Below, piece after piece: positions 10,101-17,576 of a stretch of DNA of 32,000 nucleotides. The notes beneath the pieces are model-generated. The model did not search any database. It was given only the letters and a program-made list of their open reading frames with translations, and had not been told where the DNA came from. The stretch covers positions 11,393-43,392 of the forward strand of contig CALYBE010000002.1 in assembly GCA_944393735.1 (NCBI GenBank), given 5' to 3'. Source of the stretch: an uncultured Clostridia bacterium. GTDB taxonomy: Bacteria > Bacillota > Clostridia > TANB77 > CAG-508. The translations under genes and the position numbers were made by a program. How positions within the stretch are numbered: the first letter of the stretch is position 1; every line of letters starts with the position of its first letter.

Positions 10101-12173
10101 TGTTGGGTATTCTGTTTGTTCTCCAGTTAATGTTAGTATTATTATTTTTTGAACTGTATCATATTGTACTTTTATTGTGAATCCTTCTGCATACAGCTTA
10201 TCTGCATTTTTTAATTGTACACTTTCCACTGCATCTGGTAATTTTATTTTTATTACTGGATTTTTGTATAAATCATATTGTTCATTTTCTGTTATTAGTT
10301 TTATTCCTAGGCTTACATCATTTTCTTGCATTGTTGATAAATTGTTTTTATCAACTGTTAATTCTGCTTTTGTGATTGTTTCATTTAGCTTAATTGAACT
10401 GTCTTTAGAATTTTCTGATGTTATTTGATTGTTTTGCATTCCTTGTACTGTAACCGTACTTTTCATGGAATTTATTGATTTTAATTGTTCTCTTGTATAA
10501 TTATTTTCTCCTATTGCTTTTGTATGTATAAATTCTAATATTCCTGCTGTTTTTGGCTCGGTTGTTGTTATTTTTATTTCTGTTGCTGGAGTGTTATAAG
10601 TAATTACAATGTTTCCTTCTTTATCTGCTTCTGTATTTTGGTCTATAACTTGATATTCTCCATTTGCTTCTATTGTAATTCTTCCTTCTTCCCCTAAGAT
10701 TTCTAACATTTTTTGTTTGTTTATTTTTGTTTGTATGAATTTACTGTTTGCAAAAAATTCTTCTGTACCTGTTACGAAATTTTCTGAACCTTCGACAATG
10801 TTTATTTGTTCTAATATGTTTGCACTTGTTACATATAATGTTGTTGTTTTTTCATATTCTATGTCTTTTTTATTTGTTGCATTTATATTAGCATATAATT
10901 GTCCTTTATATATTTCTTCTACAGAAGCATTTTCGTTTATCATTACTATATTGTCTAATTCTTGGTTTAAGTTTCTGTTTGTTGATCTTGCTGTAAGTAT
11001 TTGTTCAGTTGGACTATATAGTGTTATTGTTGAGATTGTTTCTATTTCTATCATATTTGGATTTGTGTTTGTTTCTTGTTTTTCTATGCTGTTTGTTTCT
11101 GTTTCTATATTGGTTTGTTGTTGTATATTTGTGCTAGTTGTTTCTGTTTCTGCAGTTTTTGGTTGTGTCTCAACATTTACTGATTGCATTTCTATACTAT
11201 TAGTGTTTTCTGCTGTATTTGCGTTTTCTGTTACGTTTGTGTTTTCTGTTACATTCGTGTTTTCTGTTATATTTGTGTTTTGAGAATAAATATATGTTAT
11301 TACAAATGTATCATATTTATCTTTATTCCATTTGATTTCATTGTTTGCATCTGGCTCGTTATTTACTATTATCTGAACATCTCCGTCATCTTTTACTGCA
11401 TTGCTAAGAACTTTTGAGTTTTCTCCATTTGTTGCTTGTGTTCCTAATGAAAGTACTTCAATTTTTTCTGGCTTTTGCTCATTTAGAGTTGGTGTAGTTA
11501 CATCAATCATGGTTTGTTTTACTGGGTATTCATTATTTGTTAATCTAGATTTTATTAATATTTGAACAACTCTTTTATTTTCTCCGTCAACTTCTAATAC
11601 CTTGTTTGTAATTATTTTTGTTTCAAGTTCAACATGTGCTTCTTTGTCTAATACTATGTTTAATGTAACTTCTTTTGATATATCGACTTTTACTTCATTT
11701 GCTTCTTCTTGTACATATGTTCCAGTTAAGTTTAATGTTGAAGTTTTTGTTAACATATCTACGGAAATGCTGTCTTGCTCTAATAGTTCTATTTCTAATT
11801 CAATGTTTACTGTTTCGCCATTACTTATTTGTTTTAGGTTTATAGTGTTTCCTTCTATGCTTGCTATTGCATCTGATAGAATTGTATCTTTTATTTTAAA
11901 GTTGCTATTTTTAAGCTCTATAGCTCCATTAAAATATCCTTCATTTTTTACTGCAATGCTTAGACATAACTTTAAGCTCGTATCTCTCGAGCTTTGATAT
12001 ATTTTATTTATTTTATCTCCGTTTTCATCTATAAAGTTTGCTGAAAATTCTATATTGTTTACTGCTGTATTACTTACAGCATAACTTATTAATTCTGTTC
12101 CTAATATTGTAAAGTTTCCTGCTAAAATCATTATAATAATTATTACAGAAATTATTTTATTTATAATTCTCAT
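7128..12173 (-). CDS. 1681-aa wall-anchored surface protein with DUF11-type conserved repeat domains, an SdrD-B-like domain and a C-terminal sorting-signal-like tail
   Basis: ORF track. SD GGGAGGT (12189..12183) lies 9 nt before the ATG. Signal-like N-terminus. Repeat-domain signatures: GEVIKYTVSVTNNSLQTLNNVVLKGTVPEG, ENDTVEYYITVENLGEKESVIEIRDEIP, AAGELMQYFAYVENLSDTAIQNV. SdrD-B-like segment ITGVAWLDENYNGEKD...NENGEYEFEKIPDGEYIVLFEYD. Tail AIKTGG + hydrophobic helix + RTIHRKY. Confidence 0.85.
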   Translation of the reverse strand: MRIINKIISVIIIIMILAGNFTILGTELISYAVSNTAVNNIEFSANFIDENGDKINKIYQSSRDTSLKLCLSIAVKNEGYFNGAIELKNSNFKIKDTILSDAIASIEGNTINLKQISNGETVNIELEIELLEQDSISVDMLTKTSTLNLTGTYVQEEANEVKVDISKEVTLNIVLDKEAHVELETKIITNKVLEVDGENKRVVQILIKSRLTNNEYPVKQTMIDVTTPTLNEQKPEKIEVLSLGTQATNGENSKVLSNAVKDDGDVQIIVNNEPDANNEIKWNKDKYDTFVITYIYSQNTNITENTNVTENTNVTENANTAENTNSIEMQSVNVETQPKTAETETTSTNIQQQTNIETETNSIEKQETNTNPNMIEIETISTITLYSPTEQILTARSTNRNLNQELDNIVMINENASVEEIYKGQLYANINATNKKDIEYEKTTTLYVTSANILEQINIVEGSENFVTGTEEFFANSKFIQTKINKQKMLEILGEEGRITIEANGEYQVIDQNTEADKEGNIVITYNTPATEIKITTTEPKTAGILEFIHTKAIGENNYTREQLKSINSMKSTVTVQGMQNNQITSENSKDSSIKLNETITKAELTVDKNNLSTMQENDVSLGIKLITENEQYDLYKNPVIKIKLPDAVESVQLKNADKLYAEGFTIKVQYDTVQKIIILTLTGEQTEYPTVSATQIYLQLDLSIKLSKIAPKTTSKIIMEYTNENATNYYNTGAEGSETANAGIVEQSIGISSPSGLLKIYDVDVDENSKIEVPNSSNNNTESNQESEIEENATIRIPKQATEEQIKFNIALVNNTDENLKNVRIFGTIPTSENSIEGKVNTFATELTGITAENAITYYTQNENATADVSKAENGWTTELSTLKNVKLFLIVLTELEKESNYLMSYTIKLPPEIAGDLESSTQYKVIYDTETNTDIESTSRKITFVTPTEIKMNATLQAEVGENTLKTGDTVKTGEVIKYTVSVTNNSLQTLNNVVLKGTVPEGAVLVEPEADYAYTESSYYVERPEITQKEINIPSLKVNETYIMQYEVRVKQGTTADITSNAIATCEETSVETNTITNKVEPSNIRVTIKRMVDQTFDLAAGELMQYFAYVENLSDTAIQNVKMELKLYNVEITEIYYNGETISADNIVFDEIPANSSVGIEIYGNITDESNEIYAVANVIYNNETYRSNKSIDKLLNTDAKITMTSPQDNAYIQENDTVEYYITVENLGEKESVIEIRDEIPQYLQIVEMDENGTPILQTTNPDKAETYVEEIANSISHRVTVPIQGKAEIKIITKVKPITESFDTKTITNQATAYVHEFKKSVSEEVVHILKGATIEDIKNIITGVAWLDENYNGEKDDDEKLLSEITVRLYDVSKDDYVRNETKNIIEAVTNENGEYEFEKIPDGEYIVLFEYDTEKYEPTIYQKNDVTTSKNSKAILKNITINGEEMLYAVTDTLKVQGNVTNINIGLREKHIFDLELNKFISKITVQNDRGVKTYNYDSSTFEKVEIAAKQLSKTNVILEYTIDVKNTGEISGYVNTIVDYLPNGLTFSSELNPDWYLADGKLYTNQLMNYKLEPGEEKEVKIIFTKTMTNDNVGLINNRAEIYEAYNDYGINDIDSIANNALNEEDDIGSADVYIAIKTGGETIIMTIAYIILAAINIGLILFAVRTIHRKY
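11205..11281 (-). repeat. In-frame 18-bp tandem repeat (4 full copies plus a partial one) encoding (NVTENT)n inside the 1681-aa gene
   Basis: The + strand reads gttttctgctgtatttgc / gttttctgttacgtttgt / gttttctgttacattcgt / gttttctgttatatttgt / gttttgag. The protein reads ITENTNVTENTNVTENTNVTENANTAENTNS. Confidence 0.85.
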
Positions 12174-12441
12174 AAAACCTTTACCTCCCTAATAAAATCA
12201 CCTTTTCTATTTTATCACATTTATTTCCTAATTTCAACAATTTTTACTCAATTTTACATAATTTTTTCTTCAAATATTCTATTTCCCTAGATTCTTGCTA
12301 AATATATATGTATTTCTTTATGAACAGATTCATTTTTTTATAGTTTTGAAGTTTTTGTATTACATTCTAACATAATTAAAATTTTGTGATTTTACTAGGG
12401 CAATTGGTTTTACATTATCAAAATATTGATTTTTCATACGC

Positions 12442-12487
12442 AAAAAAGTTGAGGTAAAACTTATTATGTTTTTACCTCAACTTTTAA
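12442..12487 (-). terminator. Bidirectional-looking intrinsic terminator downstream of tRNA-Lys(CUU)
   Basis: Perfect 16-bp arms aaaagttgaggtaaaa (12444..12459) and ttttacctcaactttt (12470..12485) with a 10-nt loop. A/T runs flank both sides. Confidence 0.75.
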
Positions 12488-12494
12488 TATTTTT

Positions 12495-12570
12495 TGGTGC
12501 ACCATAGAGGATTTGAACCTCCGACCATTTGATTAAGAGTCAACTGCTCTACCAACTGAGCTAATGGTGC
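12495..12570 (-). tRNA. tRNA-Lys (anticodon CUU)
   Basis: The reverse complement gcaccattagctcagttggtagagcagttgactcttaatcaaatggtcggaggttcaaatcctctatggtgcacca folds as a cloverleaf. It has acceptor GCACCAT/ATGGTGC, D arm GCTC..GAGC, anticodon loop CTCTTAA, T arm GGAGG TTCAAAT CCTCT and an encoded CCA. There is one 27-43 mismatch. Confidence 0.85.
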
Positions 12571-12675
12571 ATTTATTATTAACAGCACTTATTTATACGG
12601 TTTTTATAGCTTATTTTATATTAAAAACCTTTCAATTTTAAAATAAGTAACTTGTAACATTGTTATTATAATACT

Positions 12676-12713
12676 AAAGAGTTCACTTGTCAATATTTGT
12701 GAACTCTTTTTTT
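12676..12713. terminator. Hairpin plus T-run between the VanW gene and tRNA-Lys(CUU); polarity fits a + strand terminator better than a minus-strand one
   Basis: Arms aaagagttcac (12676..12686) and gtgaactcttt (12699..12709), followed by a T-run to 12713 on the + strand. In the minus-strand RNA the hairpin is followed only by AGUAUUAUAAU. Confidence 0.45.
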
Positions 12714-12870
12714 CAAGTTACAAGATTATTTTGTTAAAATTTAGTATGACGTAAACTTAAATCGGGACTTTTCTACAAAATTATGTCTGAGCTGTAAAAT
12801 AATCTTTGTTTTTAAGACATTACAAATTACATTATCTTGTAATATTTTTTGTTTTACTTTAGTTTCAACA

Positions 12871-14553
12871 CTACTCTGTTTTTGTTCCTACTCTAACTAT
12901 TCTTTTCATAGCATTATATGTATCTGTTGATAGTAATGTTCTTGAAACAATTTGACCATTTAGTCTCATTACTTTATATGCTTTATATTTGCTTCCATTT
13001 GTTCCATGTTGACTAACAATTTCTGTTCCTACTGGTAATGTAGGATCATCAATATATTCAGTAGTATATGGAACTGTTGCAACTTTTTGTGATTCTATTG
13101 TTATATCATATTCTACTTCTTCTTTAACTCCCCATATTTGAACTGTAGCCGTTCCTCCACTTACAGTTACTGTTAATCTTATAGGATACTTTCTTGAATT
13201 AGCAAATTCGAAATCTTGTGAACCCCAAACTACTGTTGCATCTTTTCCTCCTGGTAGATATGATGTTACAAATTGATGATTTCTTCTTGTTACTATTTTT
13301 AAATTTGCAAATACAGCTGCATCATATAATGTTGATGATATTTGGCAAATGCCTCCGCCAAGTCCATCTACAACTTGGCCATTTGAATATGTAGCTGCCA
13401 TTTTAAATCCTGCTGCTTCAGTTCTTTCTCCAACTGTTGCATTAAATGAAAATTGTTCTCCTGGTAATAATACTGTTCCATTTATTTTCTCTGCTGCCAG
13501 TTTTAAATTTGTTGTTCTATCTGTATCTCCTGCATTATAGTTTGTTGAACATGTTCCAAGTAAGTCTGGAAAAGCTTCTGTTCCGATGTCTTTTACAGTT
13601 TTTGTTGCTTTTGTTATAATTAGCGGAATTTCATATTGGTCTTTTTGTTGGTTTATTATTATTTTCGCATTATCTACATCGAAATCAACACCATCAACTT
13701 CCGGATAAACTACAAATGGGTTTGTTGTGTAATATGCATCTTGTACTTTTTTATATACTTCACTATGTATTTTTTCAATATCTATTTTTTCAGGATTTGT
13801 TGAAATTAGTTGCGCTTCAATCACCTGCTCTTTTTCAGCAGTTAGGCTTAATGAATTTTGTATTTCAACTCTAAGTAAATTTTCATTAACTTTTAGTCCT
13901 TCTTTTCCTGGTACAATAATTAATTTATCGTCTTGTATATAATAGCTTGGCTGTATGACTGCACCTTCAATACTATTATTTATATTTTGGATTATTTGAT
14001 CTATTGTTGTTTTATCAAAAGTTGCATTTAATTTGATTTGTTTTCCTTTAATATATGTATTTAATATTTCAAAATTCCTTTTAAATATGTTGCCTTGTCT
14101 ACCAACTTCATATGCTTCTTTTATAGCATCTCCTGTTTGAAATTGTACATCTAATGCTTCATATGTAATTGGAGTTTCTGAATCCCCGTATTTTATGATA
14201 ATAGTATTTTCTTTCTTTTGTTCAACTATTTGATTAAGCATATCGCTAGCTTCTTCAACAGTTAAATTTGTTACATCTTGATTACCTATAGATATTCCTT
14301 TTATTATTTTTTTGTTTCCTAAATTTACTAATGCAAATATTGTAGAAAAAATTAATATAAGCAATAATATTGATATTATTATTATTACTGCTATTTGTAA
14401 TTTGCTATGATATTTCGGTATTTTTATTTCATGTTCTTTTTCTTCGTTTTTTTGTTTTGTTTCTTTTTCGGTATTTTCTACCTCTTTTTCTAGAACCTGA
14501 ATGTTACCATTTTTTGGTTCTTCTGTGTTTTGGTTTATTTTATCCATATACAA
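12871..14553 (-). CDS. VanW/YoaR-family protein with N-terminal membrane anchor and C-terminal G5 domain
   Basis: ORF track. TM segment LQIAVIIIISILLLILIFSTIFALV. VanW-type core LLPGEQFSFNATVGERTEAAGFKMAATYSNGQVVDGLGGGICQISSTLYDAAVFANLKIVTRRNHQ. G5-like C-terminus TTEYIDDPTLPVGTEIVSQHGTNGSKYKAYKV...RIVRVGTK. Confidence 0.85.
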   Translation of the reverse strand: MYMDKINQNTEEPKNGNIQVLEKEVENTEKETKQKNEEKEHEIKIPKYHSKLQIAVIIIISILLLILIFSTIFALVNLGNKKIIKGISIGNQDVTNLTVEEASDMLNQIVEQKKENTIIIKYGDSETPITYEALDVQFQTGDAIKEAYEVGRQGNIFKRNFEILNTYIKGKQIKLNATFDKTTIDQIIQNINNSIEGAVIQPSYYIQDDKLIIVPGKEGLKVNENLLRVEIQNSLSLTAEKEQVIEAQLISTNPEKIDIEKIHSEVYKKVQDAYYTTNPFVVYPEVDGVDFDVDNAKIIINQQKDQYEIPLIITKATKTVKDIGTEAFPDLLGTCSTNYNAGDTDRTTNLKLAAEKINGTVLLPGEQFSFNATVGERTEAAGFKMAATYSNGQVVDGLGGGICQISSTLYDAAVFANLKIVTRRNHQFVTSYLPGGKDATVVWGSQDFEFANSRKYPIRLTVTVSGGTATVQIWGVKEEVEYDITIESQKVATVPYTTEYIDDPTLPVGTEIVSQHGTNGSKYKAYKVMRLNGQIVSRTLLSTDTYNAMKRIVRVGTKTE

Positions 14554-14941
14554 ACTCCTTTTATTTTTTATTTAGTGTTTGTTCCTGTAAAATATGATTT
14601 TAGGAACTGATTTTGAGTTATTTTTTTTGCTTTTTCCCTATAATATTATAATACCATACTTTCTCTTTTTTGACAATTCTTTTAATAAAAACCTTGCTTA
14701 TTATTTTAACGTATTTGGGGCTCTTATAAATGACTCTTTAGCCTAATATTTATAACTGTTTACATAGCTAATCTATCTATATGTTTTTCGTTTTGTTTTT
14801 GTTCCATAAAATTAATTTTATAGTTTGAATATTTGACTCTTTCTTTTCAAAAAATTTTTACATTTTTTTTACAAAAACACTTGAATATTGTAAAATTTAA
14901 TATTATAATAGAGTATATCAAAAGATAAGGGAGTTTTTAGA

Positions 14942-15412
14942 ATGGAATTAACAAAAAATATATTTTTTAATACAGATAAATTAGTTGAAAATAGTAAAGT
15001 AAAAATATCTTATACAGGTAGATTTTTTCAAGATGGGTCTGAAAATGTTTCTATTCATTATGGCTTTGGAGCTAATTGGGAAAATGTTACTAATGTGCCT
15101 ATGGAAAAAACTGAATTAGGATTCCAAACAGAAATTGAATTAGGTTCTTTCGATACATTTAATTTTTGTTTCTGCAATGAAAAAGGTGAATGGGATAATA
15201 ATGAAGGAAAAAATTATGTATTTAATATTGAGAAAAAGCCTGTTGAATTAATTGTTTTAGATGATGAACCAGTTTCTCTAGGAACTGCCAGAAAGTTAAG
15301 AAAATCTTATATATGGAGTAAAAAAATTCGCTTAGCTGTATATAAAATAATTACATATCTTCCAAAAATAATTTCAGGAAATTATAGAAAAAAAGCTACT
15401 AATGAAGAATAA
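14942..15412 (+). CDS. Small protein with a starch/carbohydrate-binding-module-like N-terminal domain (CBM25/53-like); product tentative
   Basis: ORF track. SD aagggag lies upstream of the ATG. The pattern VSIHYGFGANWENV...GFQTEIEL...FNFCFCNEKGEWDNNEGKNYVF resembles CBM-type domains common in clostridia, recognised by eye only. Confidence 0.6.
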   Translation: MELTKNIFFNTDKLVENSKVKISYTGRFFQDGSENVSIHYGFGANWENVTNVPMEKTELGFQTEIELGSFDTFNFCFCNEKGEWDNNEGKNYVFNIEKKPVELIVLDDEPVSLGTARKLRKSYIWSKKIRLAVYKIITYLPKIISGNYRKKATNEE

Positions 15413-15436
15413 TATTATCGGAATTGAATTTATAAT

Positions 15437-15480
15437 AGCCCCTAAATTTTTAGAATATAAAAATTTAGGGGCTAACTTTT
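15437..15480. terminator. Bidirectional terminator between convergent genes
   Basis: Perfect 15-bp arms agcccctaaattttt (15437..15451) and aaaaatttaggggct (15459..15473) with a 7-nt loop, followed by aactttt. Confidence 0.75.
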
Positions 15481-15545
15481 ATATTCTAACTAAAAATAGT
15501 TAAATTTCCGTAAATCAAAGTTTTGAAAATGTTAGATATTTATTT

Positions 15546-16295
15546 TTATGTAATAACCCAACCTCCATTTATAGAAATTATTTGTCCTGTTGTGTACTCA
15601 TCTTCAATTAGCCATTTTATGCATTTTGCTATATCTATCGTTTTTCCTATTCTTTCAAGTGGAATTTCATTTTTTATATCGTCTATTTCATCATTATTAT
15701 AGCATTTATTCATATCTGTATCTATAATGCCTGGCGCTATAGAATTTACTCTTATATTAGAAGGGCCTAGCTCTTTTGCCAATGATTTTGTCATGCCGTC
15801 TATCCCAGCTTTCGTAATTGAATATATTGATTCACATGAACTTCCTATCATTCCCCAAACAGATGAGACATTGATTATACATCCTTCTTTTCTAGTTATC
15901 ATGTTTTTTACTACTTCCTGAGTTGTACAAAATGCTGAATATAAATTATTTTTTATCATTTTATCCCATTCTTTATCTGTTACATCTGTAAATAACTTAC
16001 TTTCTGATATGCCTGCATTGTTTATTAATACGTCTATTTTTTTATATTTTTCTAATGTAAATTTAACCATTTCTTGTACTTCTTCTCTTTTTGATACATC
16101 AGCTTTGAAAATCTCTATATTTTCGTTTTCTTGTTTTAAGCTTTTGGCTTGTTCTTCAGATTTATTATAATCTGCAATTACTTTGTATCCTTTATTTGCT
16201 AAGGTTTTGGCAATTTCTCTTCCTATTCCCCTTGAGGCTCCTGTTACTAAAACTACTTTTTCTGTATTATTCATTCTATTATTTATTTGTTCCAT
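15546..16295 (-). CDS. Short-chain dehydrogenase/reductase (FabG-like 3-oxoacyl-ACP reductase family)
   Basis: ORF track. Cofactor motif VTGASRGIG, NNAG motif, and catalytic S...YSITK (YxxxK). Confidence 0.9.
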   Translation of the reverse strand: MEQINNRMNNTEKVVLVTGASRGIGREIAKTLANKGYKVIADYNKSEEQAKSLKQENENIEIFKADVSKREEVQEMVKFTLEKYKKIDVLINNAGISESKLFTDVTDKEWDKMIKNNLYSAFCTTQEVVKNMITRKEGCIINVSSVWGMIGSSCESIYSITKAGIDGMTKSLAKELGPSNIRVNSIAPGIIDTDMNKCYNNDEIDDIKNEIPLERIGKTIDIAKCIKWLIEDEYTTGQIISINGGWVIT

Positions 16296-16430
16296 TTTTT
16301 TGCTCCTTTTTTAGCTGATATCTGCTCTTTACAAATGATATCTTCTTCTTTTTATAATTATATAGCTGATAAAGCTTAATTGCAATATTTTGTTTCATAA
16401 AGTTTTTGATATAATTTTTATTTTTTCAAC

Positions 16431-16471
16431 AAAAAAAGCCGATAATTAAGAGTATCCTCAAAACTATCGAC
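16431..16471 (-). terminator. Terminator of the tRNA-Thr/Glu/Lys operon
   Basis: The minus-strand RNA has stem GUCGAUA...UAUCGGC (+ strand arms 16438..16444 and 16465..16471, one G-U pair, 20-nt loop) followed by U7 (+ strand A7, 16431..16437). Confidence 0.55.
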
Positions 16472-16476
16472 CTTTA

Positions 16477-16553
16477 TGGAGCCACTTCCCAGATTCGAAC
16501 TGGGGACCCCCGCATTACAAGTGCGGTGCTCTGGCCAGCTGAGCTAAAGTGGC
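16477..16553 (-). tRNA. tRNA-Thr (anticodon UGU)
   Basis: The reverse complement gccactttagctcagctggccagagcaccgcacttgtaatgcgggggtccccagttcgaatctgggaagtggctcca gives a full cloverleaf with anticodon loop CTTGTAA and an encoded CCA. Confidence 0.92.
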
Positions 16554-16557
16554 ATTG

Positions 16558-16632
16558 TGGTGACCCCGACGGGAATCGAACCCATGACTCCGCCGTGAAA
16601 GGGCGGTGTCTTAACCGCTTGACCACGGGGCC
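16558..16632 (-). tRNA. tRNA-Glu (anticodon UUC)
   Basis: The reverse complement ggccccgtggtcaagcggttaagacaccgccctttcacggcggagtcatgggttcgattcccgtcggggtcacca has anticodon stem CCGCC/GGCGG, loop CTTTCAC and an encoded CCA. Confidence 0.9.
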
Positions 16633-16676
16633 ATATAAATATATGAATTCTAATTATATTTCAAATTAGAATTCAT

Positions 16677-16752
16677 TGGTGAGCTATCCGCGACTCGAAC
16701 GCGGGACAACTTGATTAAAAGTCAAGTGCTCTACCACCTGAGCTAATAGCCC
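16677..16752 (-). tRNA. tRNA-Lys (anticodon UUU)
   Basis: The reverse complement gggctattagctcaggtggtagagcacttgacttttaatcaagttgtcccgcgttcgagtcgcggatagctcacca has anticodon stem CTTGA/TCAAG, loop CTTTTAA and an encoded CCA. Confidence 0.92.
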
Positions 16753-16780
16753 GTATGCTTGTACTGAACAATGCTTATAT

Positions 16781-16809
16781 ATAATACAACATTTAAAAGC
16801 ATTTGTCAA
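16781..16809 (-). promoter_or_regulatory. Sigma-A-type promoter of the tRNA operon
   Basis: The minus strand reads TTGACA (16809..16804), a 17-nt spacer, then TATTAT (16786..16781), about 30 nt upstream of the tRNA-Lys(UUU) 5' end. Confidence 0.75.
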
Positions 16810-16853
16810 TACATTTTTGATAAATTTTTCAAAAAATTTATCAAAAATGTATT
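16808..16853. repeat. Perfect 46-bp palindrome (22-bp arms, 2-nt centre) abutting the -35 box of the tRNA promoter
   Basis: aatacatttttgataaattttt (16808..16829), ca, aaaaatttatcaaaaatgtatt (16832..16853). The arms are exact reverse complements. Confidence 0.9.
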
Positions 16854-16940
16854 TTTCTTTTGTTTTTTGTTTTTTTAATTGCTTTCCACTATAATTTTTA
16901 CTAATTTATATCTTTTTTATAGTGGAAAGCAATTACATTT

Positions 16941-17135
16941 CTAGTTTTCGTTAAGTTTATTAACTACTTCTTCTACATCTATTCCATGTACATCACATGC
17001 TTCTTCTAATGTTTCCATTTGTGATGCTGGGCAACCTAAACAATGCATACCACATTCAATTAGTATGTCTGCTTTCTCTGGAGCAACCTCTAGGATTTCT
17101 CCTATTTTTGTATCTTTATTAAATTTCATATTCAT
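16941..17135 (-). CDS. DUF1858 / hybrid-cluster-protein-associated redox disulfide domain protein
   Basis: ORF track. The 64-aa protein carries the characteristic CGMHCLGCPAS motif. SD aaggaaa/aggaaaaa lies just upstream of the ATG. Confidence 0.75.
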   Translation of the reverse strand: MNMKFNKDTKIGEILEVAPEKADILIECGMHCLGCPASQMETLEEACDVHGIDVEEVVNKLNEN

Positions 17136-17237
17136 TTTTCCTTTCTTTATTATTCTACCTCTTTATAAGATTATTATTACAAATTCATTATAAAAAAGTG
17201 CATATAAAATATTTTATCACAAATTTTAAAAAAAGTA

Positions 17238-17266
17238 TAGACAAATTTAAAAATTTGTTGTATTAT
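17238..17266 (+). promoter_or_regulatory. Candidate sigma-A promoter reading toward the T4SS-like operon
   Basis: TAGACA (17238..17243), a 17-nt spacer, then TATTAT (17261..17266). No annotated gene lies within the next 490 nt. Confidence 0.55.
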
Positions 17267-17289
17267 GTTTACGATTAGGTGGTGATAGT

Positions 17290-17460
17290 ATTTCAAAATT
17301 AGTAAATATCTTTTTTGTAATTTATATTTTTAATCTTTTTATTACCTTATATTCAATTTATACTTTTTTTGATATTAAATTATTTCATAATTTGCAAGGT
17401 TCAAAGTTAAATCTAAAAAAACAAATTTCACAAAAAAATAATACCCAAAAATTTAAATAA
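17290..17460 (+). CDS. Candidate 56-codon small membrane protein with a non-canonical AUU start (speculative)
   Basis: The frame is open for 70 codons (17251..17460) with no ATG/GTG/TTG before an internal TTG at 17392, so the ORF track misses it. SD-like AGGTGGTGA (17277..17285) lies 4 nt before ATT at 17290. The product would be (M)SKLVNIFFVIYIFNLFITLYSIYTFFDIKLFHNLQGSKLNLKKQISQKNNTQKFK: one TM helix plus a basic tail. T-rich DNA produces hydrophobic frames by chance. Confidence 0.25.
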   Translation: MSKLVNIFFVIYIFNLFITLYSIYTFFDIKLFHNLQGSKLNLKKQISQKNNTQKFK

Positions 17461-17485
17461 TTTATTTAATTATTTTATTTATAAT

Positions 17486-17576
17486 AATTATTAATTATTA
17501 ATTATTAATTATTAATTATTATTTATTATTTATTATTTATTATTTATTATTTATTATTTATTTTTTATTATTTATT
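17486..17576. repeat. Two abutting 7-bp tandem arrays, (AATTATT)x5 then (ATTTATT)x6 plus 2 degenerate units, inside a G/C-free tract
   Basis: Direct reading: AATTATT units at 17486, 17493, 17500, 17507 and 17514. ATTTATT units at 17521 through 17556, then TTTTATT and ATTTATT. There is no G or C from 17447 to 17595, nor from 17601 to 17671. Confidence 0.9.

Noticed and set aside
9059-11283. Plus-strand ORFs of 66-188 aa inside the giant adhesin gene (for example 10717..11283, 9059..9451, 9190..9390, and similar ones at 74..1102).
   Set aside because: They lie antisense to long ORFs rich in recognisable motifs. They have no SD. They translate to low-complexity F/L/I/V/S/C strings, as expected from the T-rich complement of an A-rich coding strand. 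The paralogous copies only mirror the sense-strand paralogy.
12286-12408. Possible invertible promoter (phase switch) upstream of the 1681-aa adhesin gene. CCCTAG (12290..12295) and CTAGGG (12398..12403) are inverted about 110 bp apart, and a similar CTAGGGAATT lies upstream of the paralog at 3084..3093.
   Set aside because: The inverted arms match over only about 8 of 10 bp. The paralog's upstream region has no partner arm. No recombinase gene is nearby. The shared CTAGGG(C)AATT may still be a common operator, but the evidence is too thin to call.
16643-16676. Perfect 13-bp hairpin (atgaattctaatt / aattagaattcat) between tRNA-Glu and tRNA-Lys(UUU), considered as a terminator.
   Set aside because: No U-run follows it in the transcribed (minus) orientation, and it sits inside a tRNA operon. 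It is more likely a spacer structure relevant to processing, or chance A/T symmetry.
16879-16932. 15-bp perfect inverted repeat (ttgctttccactata / tatagtggaaagcaa) just downstream of the DUF1858 gene, considered as its terminator.
   Set aside because: The T-run lies on the wrong side: the minus-strand RNA has an A-run after the hairpin. It is recorded as an inverted repeat of unknown role, not as a terminator.
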